Shown here: positions 51,490-63,734 of the stretch, in pieces
Numbering within the stretch: the stretch's first letter is position 1
Layout of the letters: each line of letters begins with the position of its first letter
Source of the DNA: Octopus sinensis
Lineage: Eukaryota
NCBI RefSeq assembly: GCF_006345805.1
Contig: NC_043013.1
Coordinates: 14,198,001-14,262,000, forward strand
Direction of reading: 5' to 3'
DNA length: 64,000 nt
Made by a program: the position numbers and the translations under genes
Notes under the pieces: model-generated
What the model saw: the letters and a program-made list of their open reading frames with translations, nothing else
Databases searched by the model: none
Told to the model about the DNA's origin: nothing

Positions 51490-51802
51490 CACTTTCAGCT
51501 CGCTACATTGTGTTGTGAACCCCTTCGGTCATAAATGACCATGAGATTGCACCTAGAAAGTTACCCTCCGTGCCACAAGTCCGGGCAAGTTTGTTTATGG
51601 AAGACCAGCAGTTGCCCATGCACACTAGTCTCCCCTCTTTCCAAGGGAAAGGTGAAGATAGAGCTTGGCACCAGTGACGATCAAACTGGAGCAACGTGAA
51701 ATAAAGTGTCTTGCTCAAGAACACAACACATAGCCTGGTCCGGGAATCAAACTAACAAGCTCACGATCGTAAGCTCGACGCTCTAACCACTGAGCCATGC
51801 GC
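51490..51802 (-). mobile_element. tRNA-derived SINE
   Basis: Minus-strand head gcgcatggctcagtggttagagcg...gtttgattcccgg. Confidence 0.7.
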
Positions 51803-51805
51803 ATA

Positions 51806-51857
<52 letters not shown>

Positions 51858-51865
51858 TATATACA

Positions 51866-51907
<42 letters not shown>

Positions 51908-51919
51908 GTATATTATATG

Positions 51920-51973
<54 letters not shown>

Positions 51974-52165
51974 AGATAAATAAAAATATATGCATACATA
52001 CAAACATATATGTACGTACCTACATCTACATGTATATATACATGCATATATAAATAATTATACGGAAGTACAGGACATCACAATAAGACGTAGAAACAGA
52101 AAAAAACAAAAAACAAGAAAACGGAAAACGAAAAACAAATACAGGACAGGTTACACAGGACAAAA

Positions 52166-52250
52166 CCCCCGTCATCAGCTGTCGCTAGAGGAGTCAGGCA
52201 TGTTTCGAAGGCATAACAGAACACTAATCCAATAGGCCTTCCTGCGAGAG
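52166..52250 (-). ncRNA. Candidate rearranged hammerhead, copy 1
   Basis: ctctcg-cag-gaaggc...gtgT-T-ctgtt-at-gccttc-GAAAcat...gacag-CTGATGA-cggggg. Confidence 0.55.
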
Positions 52251-52989
52251 AATTAAAATAAATTTCAAGCAGCGGGGCACAATGAGTACGCACACAAACA
52301 AGACGTAACAATAAGACTGCAAAATTAAAAACATGTACAAAAACAAACACAAGAGGACGAACGAAAAAGCCTTTTTTCTGGCATAGACAAACAATAAAAC
52401 TGCAAAAATAAAAATACATGTACAAAAAGTACAATTAGTTACAAAACGAGAAAATACAAGAATACTATACAGGAAATAACCACACAAGGGGACGAACGAA
52501 GAAGCCTTTTTGCTGGCAAGGACGAAAGTGTAGTAGCAGCGCGTGGAGGCAGTCTTTTCAATAGTGGTAACCACGTGTAAAGGAATTTTGTTTTATAGGC
52601 AAGGAAGAGGGAAGGAGGAGGGGGACACGCGGCGAAGAGAGAGGAGGAGGGGGAGGGAGAAAGATTGAAGAGGTTAAAGCAAAGGGAGAGAGTACCGCAT
52701 CTTCAATATAATATATTAATATAAAAAAGGGGACCAAGAAGTGGATCGAAACGACGAATCGGAACGAACCTGATGCGGGGCGCTGTCAGACAATAAGGAG
52801 ATAAATAAAAATATATGCATACATACAAAATATATGTACGTACCTACATCTACATGTATATATACATGCATATATAAATAATTATACGGAAGTACAGGAC
52901 ATCACAATAAGACGTAGAAACAGAAAAAAACAAAAAACAAGAAAACGGAAAACGAAAACCAAATACAGGACAGGTTACACAGGACAAAA

Positions 52990-53074
52990 CCCCCGTCATC
53001 AGCTGTCGCTAGAGGAGTCAGGCATGTTTCGAAGGCATAACAGAACACTAATCCAATAGGCCTTCCTGCGAGAG
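52990..53074 (-). ncRNA. Candidate rearranged hammerhead, copy 2
   Basis: Identical to 52166-52250, offset by 824 bp. Confidence 0.55.
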
Positions 53075-53851
53075 AATTAAAATAAAATTTCAAGCAGCGG
53101 GGCACAATGAGTACGCACACAAACAAGACGTAACAATAAGACTGCAAAATTAAAATACATGTACAAAAACAAACACAAGAGGACGAACGAAAAAGCCTTT
53201 TTTCTGGCATAGACAAACAATAAAACTGCAAAAATAAAAATACATGTAAAAAGTACAATTAGTTACAAAACGAGAAAATAACAAGAATACTATACAGGAA
53301 ATTAACCACACAAGGGGACGAACGAAGAAGCCTTTTTGCTGGCAAGGACGAAAAGGCAGATTTTATCTGCCTCCCTTTGGGAGTTATACAAATCTACAAT
53401 ATAAGATTTCTTCAATTACAATTTACCTTGCATTTTTAAGAGTACAATGCATCGCGTCATGCCAGGTCCAGGTTTTAAAATTTAAACTCCAGTTAAGCAA
53501 AATTTACAGAAAACTCACATTCTGGTGTGTGTGTCAAATGCTTTTCTTAGTCTGGTTTACACCACACGCAAACGCACACACACAGTGGGCAACGAATAAA
53601 ATGAAAGTAATTGACTTACTGTAGTGAGTGATTCTTTCACTCTGCCTCCCACTTCCTCTTCCACACAGACACGCAAATATATAATAAAATTGTAAGCTAA
53701 CGTGCGTGTGTGTGAGTGGGTGTGTGTGGGTGTGCGCGTGTGTGTGGTGTGTGAGGGTGCGGTGTGTGTGTGTGTGTGCGTGCGTGTGCGTGAGTGTGTG
53801 ACAGGAAAGTTTTTTTACGACGAATATAACACCTATATCCAAGTAGCAGAA

Positions 53852-54332
53852 AGATAAGACAGTAAGGTGTGATTTGAGGGAGATTTGGCTGCTATTTCTA
53901 CCATGTCTAGCTGCCATGTAGGGGTCTCCCTCATAGGCTCATACATACATATATACATAGATAAGACAGTAAGGTGTGATTTGGGGGAAATTTGGCTGCT
54001 ATTTCTACCAGGTCTAGCTGCCATGTAGGGGTCTCCCTCATAGGCTCATACATACATATATACATAGATAAGACAGTAAGGTGTGATTTGGGGGAAATTT
54101 GGCTGCTATTTCTACCAGGTCTAGCTGCCATGTAGGGGTCTCCCTCATAGGCTCATACATACATATATACATAGATAAGACAGTAAGGTGTGATTTGGGG
54201 GAAATTTGGCTGCTATTTCTACCAGGTCTAGCTACCATGTAGAGGTCCCCCTCATTGGCTCATATATATATACATACATAAGACAGTAAGGTGTGATTTG
54301 AGGGAGATTTGGCTGCTGTTTCTACCAGGTCT
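53852..54332. repeat. 107-bp tandem repeat, about 4.5 copies
   Basis: ataagacagtaaggtgtgatttg...ggctcatacatacatatatacatag; the ORF track repeats at 107-bp offsets. Confidence 0.95.
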
Positions 54333-54696
54333 GTTAAGCCTTCTCATGTAAACTCAAGCTTTCTCATGCCTTCAACATATGACCAAAGCAGAGAATGTAT
54401 TCTTTTATTCTTCTGCTTTTCCAGCCATTGGTCTGTGGCCATGCTGGGGCAATGCCTTGAAGAATTGTAGTTTAATGAATCAACTCCAGTTTTATTTTTG
54501 TAAGCATTGTACTTATTCTATCTGTTTCCTTTGTCAAACCACTAGGTGACAGGGATGTAAACAAACCAACATTCGTTGTCAAGCAGTGGTGGAGGACAAT
54601 CACAAGCACAGACACGCACACACACACACACATACATGCATACACATATACACACATACATACATACATACATATATATATGTGTGTATATATATA

Positions 54697-55018
54697 TTGC
54701 AGCGTGGAAGGTGTTTGTAAGCCATTTAAGAAACACACAAAAACCGTTACATTCACTTCAACATTTAAATTTAATTTGCCAAAATATTTTCGTCGCTTTC
54801 AGACCGCGACCTGTTCACTGACAAAAAAATCGTGCTAACAGGTCGCGGTCTCAAAGCGACGAAAATATTTTCACAAATTAAATTAAATGTTGAAGTGAAT
54901 CTAACGGTTTTTGTGTGTTTCTTAAATGGCTTATAAACACCTTCAACGCTGCAACTGTTTTCGTTCCAGCACACGATCTCAGATCAAGTCACTTGCTATG
55001 CAAGTACATCTCTGTAAC
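54697..55018. mobile_element. Inverted-duplicated short element in (TA)n
   Basis: 54697-54815 mirrors 54837-54954; related copy at 55584-55846. Confidence 0.8.
54775..54825 (-). ncRNA. Minimal hammerhead, G3:C8 variant
   Basis: tttgtca-GTGAACA-g-gtcgc(ggtctgaaa)gcgac-GAAA-atat-TT-tggcaaa. Confidence 0.65.
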
Positions 55019-55024
55019 TATATA

Positions 55025-55065
<41 letters not shown>

Positions 55066-55132
55066 TGGTAAAAAGTAAGATAACAAAAGAAAAAGAAAGA
55101 AAGAGACCTCAATATTATGTAAATAGAGGAAA

Positions 55133-55526
55133 TCTTTATATATAAAAGTGAGGTTGTGTGTCTGTCTCCTACGATTTAGATTCCTAACTACTCCCACATT
55201 TTGTGGTGCAGTTTAACCAAAACCGGGTATCTTATAGTCGTGATTCATATCCAGACCGTCTGGGTATTAGCGCGCGTCTACGATGAGTCTACGATTAAAA
55301 AAAAATTTACCATCAATTTTTCCCATTTTTAATCCATTTTTGACATATATAAGGGAAGTAACTCTCTAAAATTTATTATTAAATCTCAGAACGTAAAAAG
55401 CTACAGTAACACCCCTCCCCCTTTGTGGTTAGCCATATTGAGATGGCTATTATACTTTACATCTCTAAAAATGCTTATATAATTATTTCCCTTACAAACC
55501 CGAGCAACGCCGGGCGATACTGCTAG
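55133..55526 (+). mobile_element. Non-autonomous Helitron-like element
   Basis: TC start, hairpin plus CTAG end; same family as 37079-37368. Confidence 0.75.
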
Positions 55527-55662
55527 TATATTTATATATATACACATACTATATACATATATGCGCATGGCATATATATATAACAATTGCAGCGTGGAAG
55601 GTGTTTGTAAGCCATTTAAGAAACACAAAAGCCGTTCGATTCACTTCAACATTTAAGTTCAA

Positions 55663-55713
55663 TTTGTCAAAATATTTTCGTCGCTTTAAGACCGCGACCT
55701 GTTCACTGACAAA
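55663..55713 (-). ncRNA. Minimal hammerhead, G3:C8 variant
   Basis: tttgtca-GTGAACA-g-gtcgc(ggtcttaaa)gcgac-GAAA-atat-TT-tgacaaa; perfect 7-bp stem I. Confidence 0.7.
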
Positions 55714-55848
55714 AATCCGTGCTGCATTTCAGCACGGCTTTTGTGTGTTTCTTAAATGGCTTACAAACACCTTCCACGCTGCAATTGTTTTCGTTCCAGC
55801 ACCCGATCTCAGATCAAATCACTTGCTATGCGAGTACATCTCCGTAAT

Positions 55849-55928
<80 letters not shown>

Positions 55929-56333
55929 TATATATATATATATATATACATATATGTATACGACGCGCTTCTTTCAGTTCCCGCCTACCAAATCCACTCA
56001 CAAGGCTTTGGTCGGCCAGAGGCTATGGTAGAAGATACTTGACCAAGGTGGGACTGAACCTGGAACCAAGTAGTTGTGAAGCAAGCTACTCATCTCACAT
56101 GTATAATATTAGTCACAGAAAAAGGCGGCGAACTGGCAAAATCGTTAGTACGCCGGACAAAATGCTTACGGCATTTCGTCCGTCATTACGTTCTAAATTC
56201 TACCGAGGTCGACTTTGCCTTTCATCCTTTGGGATCGATAAAATAAGTACCAGTTGGATAGTTGGGCCAATATAATCAACTAACCCCTTCCCCAAAATTG
56301 TTGGTCTTGTACCAAAGTTTGAAAGCAATATTG

Positions 56334-56735
56334 AGTGGCTGTGTGGTAAGTAGCTTGTTTAGCAACCACATGGTTCCGGGTTCAGTCCCACTACGTGGCA
56401 CCTTGGGCAAGTGTCTTCTACTACAGCCTCGGGCCGACCAAAGCCTTGTGAGTGGATTTGGTAGACGGAAACTGAAAGAAGCCCGTCGTATATATGTATA
56501 TACGTATATATATATGTACGTGTATGTATATGTTTGTATGTCTTTGTTTGTCCCCCCAACATCGCTTGACAACCGATGCTGGTGTGTTTACGTCCCCGTA
56601 ACTTAGCATTTCGGCAAAAGAGACCGATAGAATAAGTACTAGGCTCACAAAGAACAAGTCCTGGGGTTGATTTGCTCGACTAAAGGCGGTGCTCCAGCAT
56701 GGCCAGTCAAATGACTGAAACTAGTAAAAAAGTAA
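56334..56735 (+). mobile_element. SINE family B, near-intact
   Basis: Head, internal microsatellite and tail all present. Confidence 0.88.
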
Positions 56736-57338
56736 TATTATTGTCATAACACCGAACCAGCGTGGGTTTTCAGCTGTGAAGGTAAAGGGACGTAACTGTG
56801 TAAGTAAAGGTATTTTGTCCCACATGGCCTTACCTCCATGTATTTGTAGGACGATCCGCGCTACTAGAAATAACAGCACAAATCTTTCTCAATTCATACA
56901 CCAGAAACGTCTTAAGATTGGAAATATGCAAATAAATAATTACCGAAAGGAAATAACACAACTCGGTTAATGACACGAATTTTGCTAAATAAGTTAAAAC
57001 TTATATGGAGTGGATGATACGAGAAAAGAAAGTAATTATTTACAACAGAAGTCGCTTATTATGATCAGTCTAGAGACGGAATCTAATATGTAGCAACAAC
57101 GAGTTGACGACATAAAGCTGCAGGTATAGTAATGTTCCGCGTCTGATGGACTAAATTTGGTAACAATAACTGTTTGGTGATTACAATATGCGGCCTTCAC
57201 CTTATACGCGTATATTTCGACGTACACGTGGACGGGCGGGCGTATATTTACAAAGGAAATAGTTTAAAATACCTCAGTACCTGTCAAACATCTGAGACTT
57301 CTCGTTAAAAACTATTTAGAAACATGACTGCTTGTCTT

Positions 57339-57411
57339 GTCCCTGTAGCGCAGGGGATAGCGCGCTGGACTTCTAATCCAGAGGTCGTGGGTTCGAATCC
57401 CACCAGGGATG
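57339..57411 (+). tRNA. tRNA-Arg (anticodon TCT), intronless
   Basis: 73 nt; acceptor gtccctg/cagggat, anticodon arm ctgga-ctTCTaa-tccag, T arm gtggg-ttcgaat-cccac; oligo-T terminator from 57419. Confidence 0.95.
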
Positions 57412-58661
57412 ATTCACCTTTTTTTTTTAATATTTTTAAAATTTTCTTTATTTCAGATTAAATTTTTATGAAGATTATTTTCATTCAACTTCATTTAAGT
57501 TGTTTGCAATTTTTTCAAATATTCTTATCTCTATAAGAAATAAAAACCAATGAACTAGACTTTTTTGCCTTTCTTCTTTTTCGGATTCTAGGTATTGGAC
57601 AGCGGCAATGCTGGGGGACGCCCTTCACAAATTTTAATCGATCACATCGTTCGATCTAAATCGTTGTGGTCTGTATTAAATTTTTTTTTATACAAAGTGA
57701 TATACAAGACAAAGCATAATTACATAAATATGTAATGACCATTAATTATAATTAATGGTGATACTGTCATAAATTTGACTAACAGTTGTTTCCAGTAGTC
57801 ATGATAGGTTCATTGTTGACAGGTTTACTCAATCGGACTATCGATCGGTTGAGAAAAATTTGAACGACCTAAAGTATTAATGCTATTTTCGTCAGAGACA
57901 TTTCTGGTTATAAGCCAGGCATGACTCTGATGAAGACCACATTAATTCTCTGTATTTTGTATTTGTTTTGCAAGCTTCTTGACGTGAAATCATGCGTTGA
58001 GGTTGATTTTGATGTCTTTTGGGAGGATCGTGCCGCCAATAAAAACACGCACACTGGTTATGTTTCACTTCAGGTTTATTACAAATAAATGAGAGGAAGA
58101 GTGAAAATGTAATACGTATTGCGGAGAAAGAGTTGCTTAAAAAGCGAATTGGTAAGTCATTGATAAGGACACTGACTGTGACGCAAGGGCTTTGACAGAC
58201 TAATCGATAAACCAATTGGTGGTGATGGTGGTGGTGGTGATGGTGTTGGTGGTGATGGTGTTGGTGGTGATGGTGGTGTTGGTTGTGAAAGGTGATAGCA
58301 GCATTAGCGATGGTGTTGGTGGTGATGTTTGAAGTTGTACTAGTAATAGGAAGGAGGGCAGTGGTTGTGGTTGTAGTAGTAGTATTAGTCGTGGTTGTGG
58401 TGCTGGTTTTAATAGCAGTAATAGTCGCGATAGTGGTGATGGTGGTAGTTGAAGTATAGGTTGGTATAACATTTTAGTCATTGAATGCTATTGCGTCAGC
58501 CTTAAGTTCAAAGAAATTCAGACATTTTCTTTCGGTAAGCTTCGTTGTTAATCGCCAGTTCCGTCCCTCTCCGTCATTAGTCGTCATCCCCCGTTGAGCC
58601 TTCGGCAGTGACGGCAACGACGACGATGGTGACTCTGCTTCTCAAACTGTCGAATAGTTTG

Positions 58662-58709
<48 letters not shown>

Positions 58710-58870
58710 CACCACCACAATACAATTTAGATAGATGTGTAGGTCAACACACACACTCACATAGACAGACACACGAACACACAACGCGCACGCGCAGGTA
58801 CACACTAACATCCGTAACCATCAGCCCATAGCTAAACTATAATCACAAAAGTATAAAAGTTCTTTCAGTG

Positions 58871-58964
58871 GCCTCGGTAGCGCAGTAGGCAGCGCGTCAG
58901 TCTCATAATCAAGCATAAAGTTAGAGGAATCTGAAGGTCGTGAGTTCGATCCTCACCTGGGGCA
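58871..58964 (+). tRNA. Elongator tRNA-Met (CAT) with a 21-nt intron (58908-58928)
   Basis: Exons match the eukaryotic elongator Met pattern; insert lies one base 3' of the anticodon; oligo-T follows. Confidence 0.9.
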
Positions 58965-59421
58965 CATTCTTTTTTTCAATTACTCACACACAAATCGTTT
59001 TGATGATTGTGTCAGAAGAATTGACCTCAGATTGTTCCCGTGGGTACCGTATAAGAGGATATATTTATTTGTATTAATAACCCGAGGTTGAGTTTTCCTT
59101 TTCATCCTTTCGGAGACGATAAAATAGGTACCATTCGAGCACTGGGGTCAACAACATTGCCGAAATACGATAAATTAAACAACAAATAGCCTACAAACTA
59201 CAGAATTTTCTCAAGAAAACAAAGAGAAAAAGATGTTTTATGTAACACATTCTACCAGTATACGAAGTTTAAAAGTGTTTAGTTACAAAGAAATTATTTT
59301 AAAAATCTGCCGGTCAAATCGAAAAGATCCCACGTCACTTCTGATGATGGTGTTAAAGAAAGAAATTGCCTCAATTGTTCCCGTGGGTAGCGTGTAAGAA
59401 GATATAATTATTTGCATTAAT

Positions 59422-59581
59422 AGGAGTGGCTGTTTGGTAAGTAGCTTGCCTACCAACCACATGGTTCCGGGTTCAGTCCCAGTGCGTGGCACCTTGAGCA
59501 AGTGTCTTCTACTATAGCCTCGGGCCGACCAAAGCCTTGTGAGTGGATTTGGTAGACGGAAACTGAAAGAAGCCTGTCGTA

Positions 59582-59657
<76 letters not shown>

Positions 59658-59663
59658 ATATAT

Positions 59664-59694
<31 letters not shown>

Positions 59695-59915
59695 ATTTGT
59701 GTGTCTGTGTTTGTCCTCCCCCAACATCGCTTGGCAACCGATGCTGGTGTGTTTACGTCCCCGTGACATAGCATTTCGGGAAAAGAGACCGATAGAATAA
59801 GTACTAGGCTTACAAAGAATAAGTCCTGGGGTCGATTTGCTCGACTAAAAGCGCTGCTCCAGCATGGCCACAGTCAAATGACTGAAACAAGTACAAGAGT
59901 AAAAGAGTAAAGAGT
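59422..59915 (+). mobile_element. SINE family B, near-intact
   Basis: Head, (TA)n(TG)n core and aagagta tail repeats. Confidence 0.88.
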
Positions 59916-60078
59916 AATATCCAGGGGTTAACTCTTCCTTTTCATCCTTTCAGGGTCGATAAAATAAATACCAGTCGAGCGCTGGGGTCTATGTAATTGT
60001 CTTACTCTCTGCCTCACCGGACATGATGACCGTGAGTCAAAATCTGAAAGCGATATTTATCCCCACTTAAATGTGGTT

Positions 60079-60249
60079 GTTCTGTTAGAACAAACTATAC
60101 TGCGGTAGATATTGTGAGTGACACTCATATTGGCTTTTTGGTGCAAAATGCACTCTTGTTTATATCGCTACAGTGTATATTGCATGCAAAGCCAGTATGA
60201 AAATTTCTCTCATGGCATCTAGCGCAGTATAGTTTGTTCTAACAGAACA
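60079..60249. repeat. Short fold-back/MITE
   Basis: tgttctgttagaacaaactatactgcg / cgcagtatagtttgttctaacagaaca. Confidence 0.8.
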
Positions 60250-60328
60250 TCTACGCGCGCGTGCGCACACACATGCTGCAATACTGTGCCGAGATTGTTA
60301 CCATTATATATGAGCAGTGCGATCTTCT

Positions 60329-60416
60329 GCCCTCGGTAGCGCAGTAGACCGAGAGTCAGTCCTATAATCAAGTATGAAATCAAGTCATCTGAAGGTTGTG
60401 ATACACAGCTTGGCCA
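60329..60416 (+). pseudogene. Intron-containing tRNA-Met pseudogene, paralogue of 43937
   Basis: Same upstream flank and same cctata-atcaagtatgaaatcaagtc insert; T arm deleted. Confidence 0.75.
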
Positions 60417-60543
60417 GTAAAAAACAAAAAATAATTAGGAGGTTTTAAATAGAGATACATATTGGATCTCATAGAGAGGATGTCAGATTTAATATTACTT
60501 GTATTAACACCAGCTTTCTATATTTTTTAGACTAGATTCAAAT

Positions 60544-61000
60544 AAATGTGACTGGAAGAACGAAATTACAAATCCTAAAATAATAACTAAGAAAAAACCT
60601 AGGGGCTAGTGTTTATTCATTTAAAATATATGCATTTATTTAAGAGGAAGTAAAAGATCTGAAAATCGGCTATAACAGTGTAGTTTTCCAGTCTAAATGC
60701 TATGATATGATGTTATGGAGAAAAAAAAAATGGAGGAAAAAGTTTTTTAGCCAATAGCGAGACAGAAATTTTCTGCGTTGAGCGTCTGTGCTCTTCATTG
60801 ATTGTATGTTTTTATTATTTTTTAAAACTTGTTCTATTAATATATTTGTCTGTGTGTGTTTATTTAATGCGTATTTCAGTATTGTGTATGCCTGTCTTGT
60901 ATTTGTGGAGAAAAGAAAGGGAGGTGGGTGCAAGGAATACAAAGCTTTAAGGAGTGGGGATTGTGCAGTTGACGACAGTTCATGCTGTCCGTCACACACA
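60544..61000 (+). repeat. Local duplication of 43334-43880
   Basis: Near-identical non-microsatellite sequence; ORFs 43671..44030 and 60700..61011 share peptide. Confidence 0.9.
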
Positions 61001-62074
61001 CACACACACACACACGCACATTCATATGTAAAGCTGATAGAATCCCGAATGGAAACAAGGAAAAGGGGAGGGTTTAATAAATTAATATGGAGTAGTAGGT
61101 GGGGTTGGTAATTTTATATAGGCTGTCGTTCAGATCGTCAACACAGCACCACTCTCTCCGTTCTCTCTCTCTCCATGTCTCTCTACGATTTGCTAGAAAT
61201 AATAGCCAGATCTCTCTCAATGTCACGCGTAACATTATATAAGCGAGAGGACACATTGGATATGATAGAAAAAATACATACGCACATACACAGGTATGTA
61301 TTCCCTATAAAAGAACTTCTGTTCTTCTCACCCACCTTTCTTATCTTTTATACTTTTCTCCCCTCCCCATCTCTCTCTTTCATGATCCGATGACGCGGAA
61401 GTTGTTGCTATTCCATTACTATCGCACACAGAAGTAACTTTATTCAATAGGATACACGTCATTGATTGGTTAAAATTACCCAAATACGACAACTTTAATA
61501 TGAAATAACTTCTAAAATACAAAATTTTGTCAAAAAACGTTAAGAGTGTAGCGTGACACAAGAAGCCAGCGCCATTTTGTGCGAGATCTCGCTGGCAGCC
61601 ATTGCCATGCCCGAGACAAGAGCGAGATCTCGCCGACAACCATGTTTGACATGTGCGAGACCACAGCGAGGCTCTCGTGGGCAACATTTATTTAAGGAGG
61701 CGTCTTAAGGTGATTCTCTCTCTTGCGTTCTCGCTCACGCTGAGCAACATTGCAAACTGGCAGCTCAAAGCAAATTCTTGTCCTGCTCTATCTTCACCCA
61801 TTATCTCCAGAGGTAATGTACCTCACGTGAACGGAGCTATAACGAACTACGCGCTGCCATACGGATGGTCGCCGGGAGCGAATCCCATGAATGAGAACTA
61901 AATATACAATCATTGAATTGCATCCGCTTGTAAGCTTCTTCTTCTTCTTCGAGTTCCAGATCCTAAGACTACAGAAAATAACTGTAATGGGAGAAGATAC
62001 CTTCGAATCCCATTATAAGAGTAAACCGTGTTCTACGTGACACATTCAACCAGTATCCGAAGGTTCAAACTGTT

Positions 62075-62301
62075 TACTCTCTACTCTTTACTCTTTTATT
62101 TGTTTCAGTCATTTGACTGCGCCCATGCTGGAGCACCGCCTTTAATCGAGCAACTCGACCCCGGAACTTATTCTTTGTAAGCCCAGTACTTATTCTATCG
62201 GTCTCTTTTGCCGAACCGCTAAGTGACGGGGACATAAACACACCAGCATCGGTTGTCAAGCAATGCTAGGGGGACAAACATAGACACAAACACACACGCA
62301 C

Positions 62302-62352
<51 letters not shown>

Positions 62353-62515
62353 TACGACGGGCGTCTTTCAGTGTCCGTCTACCAAATTCACTCACAAGGC
62401 TTTGGTCGGCCTGAGGCTATAGAAGAAGACACTTGCCGAAGGTGCCACGCAGTGGCACTGAATCCGGAACCATGTGGCTGGTAATCAAGCTACTTACCAC
62501 ACAGCCACTCCTGCG
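62075..62515 (-). mobile_element. SINE family B
   Basis: Reverse complement of the 59422 copy. Confidence 0.88.
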
Positions 62516-63569
62516 CCTGTTTAGTTAAAATAAAATTAATTAAAAAACCTGTGACTGTAATTGAAAAGATCCAACTATTGAAATGTGAAGCTAACGGTTT
62601 AAGAAATGCTCTTAATTACAATTTTTATGAATAGAATTAACCTAGTGAAATCATAAATCCAGCTATCTGAGTCAATGAGTCCCCAAAATATATGAAATGA
62701 AAAATATGTAAAAACACTAACACACAGAAAAAACACAGAAAATATGTAATTTACTAAGACACAGAAAAGTTAAAACAAAACACCCGGGGTGAAAAGAATC
62801 TCGTGGTGTGAAGAATCAAATGTGAAAAATGAACATAGAACAAATTGCGGCACAGACAATGAACCACAACACAGCATGCGGTTGTCATGGTAACAAGTCG
62901 CTAATGCCACGTCGTCTGTTGATTAGCTAGAATTACCGAAATTTCCCAACTAAAATACCAAATAACATCAGATTCTTTAATTTACAAGATAAAGTAATTG
63001 GTTGATTGTCATCAAAATTCAGATTTGCATAGATACACCAAAATTGAGAGTAATCTGAGCAAAATTGAAGGGGCTTCATTTTGTGAATGAAATAGACTAA
63101 GTCCCAAAACCTATGTACTTTAAACTTTTTTTTTTGTTTTTCTATTATCTACTGAGGAGTACAAGTATGACTATTACGATTTTCTATTTATGAATATCTG
63201 AGTCCATTTGTATGAAACAATTGTGTAGTATTATGAAAAATAAAAGCTACAATCCATTTTAACATCTAATCTCCTCTCTTCCATTGCATAAAGACGAATG
63301 AAATTGTTGAACTTTGTTTAATAAATTAAGCCATATACTTTATACATATATATATATATATCTACATGATTATCCTGCCTTTACCTAAACATTATGTATC
63401 TGATATCTTCTTGTTCAATGGAGTCTTCGATGGCATCATTTTGAAGACAGTTGGGTATGATTGATCGAAGGGAAATTTCAAGCGCGCGCGCACACAGATG
63501 CACACACTCTGTCTGTCTGTCTCTCTCTGTCTGTCTCTCTCTCTGTCTCTGTCTCTGTCTCTGTCTCTG

Positions 63570-63667
<98 letters not shown>

Positions 63668-63734
63668 ACACCCAGAGGCACTAGTAAAATTATGCCGAGA
63701 CTATAATCAGAAAATATTAACTCTTCCGGCTGTG

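Larger units (their letters stand above)
51971..53353 (-). mobile_element. Element with about 557-bp direct repeats (pseudo-LTR or retrozyme-like) next to (TA)n
   Basis: 51971-52527 is near-identical to 52796-53353, with a 268-bp spacer; each repeat carries a hammerhead-like motif. Confidence 0.8.

Noticed and set aside
53852-54332. CRISPR-like array
   Set aside because: Units are complete tandem duplicates with no unique spacers; eukaryotic context and no cas genes.
56334-56400. SINE heads as tRNA genes (also 37412, 51740-51802, 59422)
   Set aside because: A/B boxes are present but there is no cloverleaf, and each continues into a repeated SINE body.
61380-61910. CpG-richer stretch with ORFs 61328..61687 and 61653..61901
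   Set aside because: No recognisable protein motif, splice structure or terminal repeats; could be a promoter or TE, but the sequence alone does not support a call.
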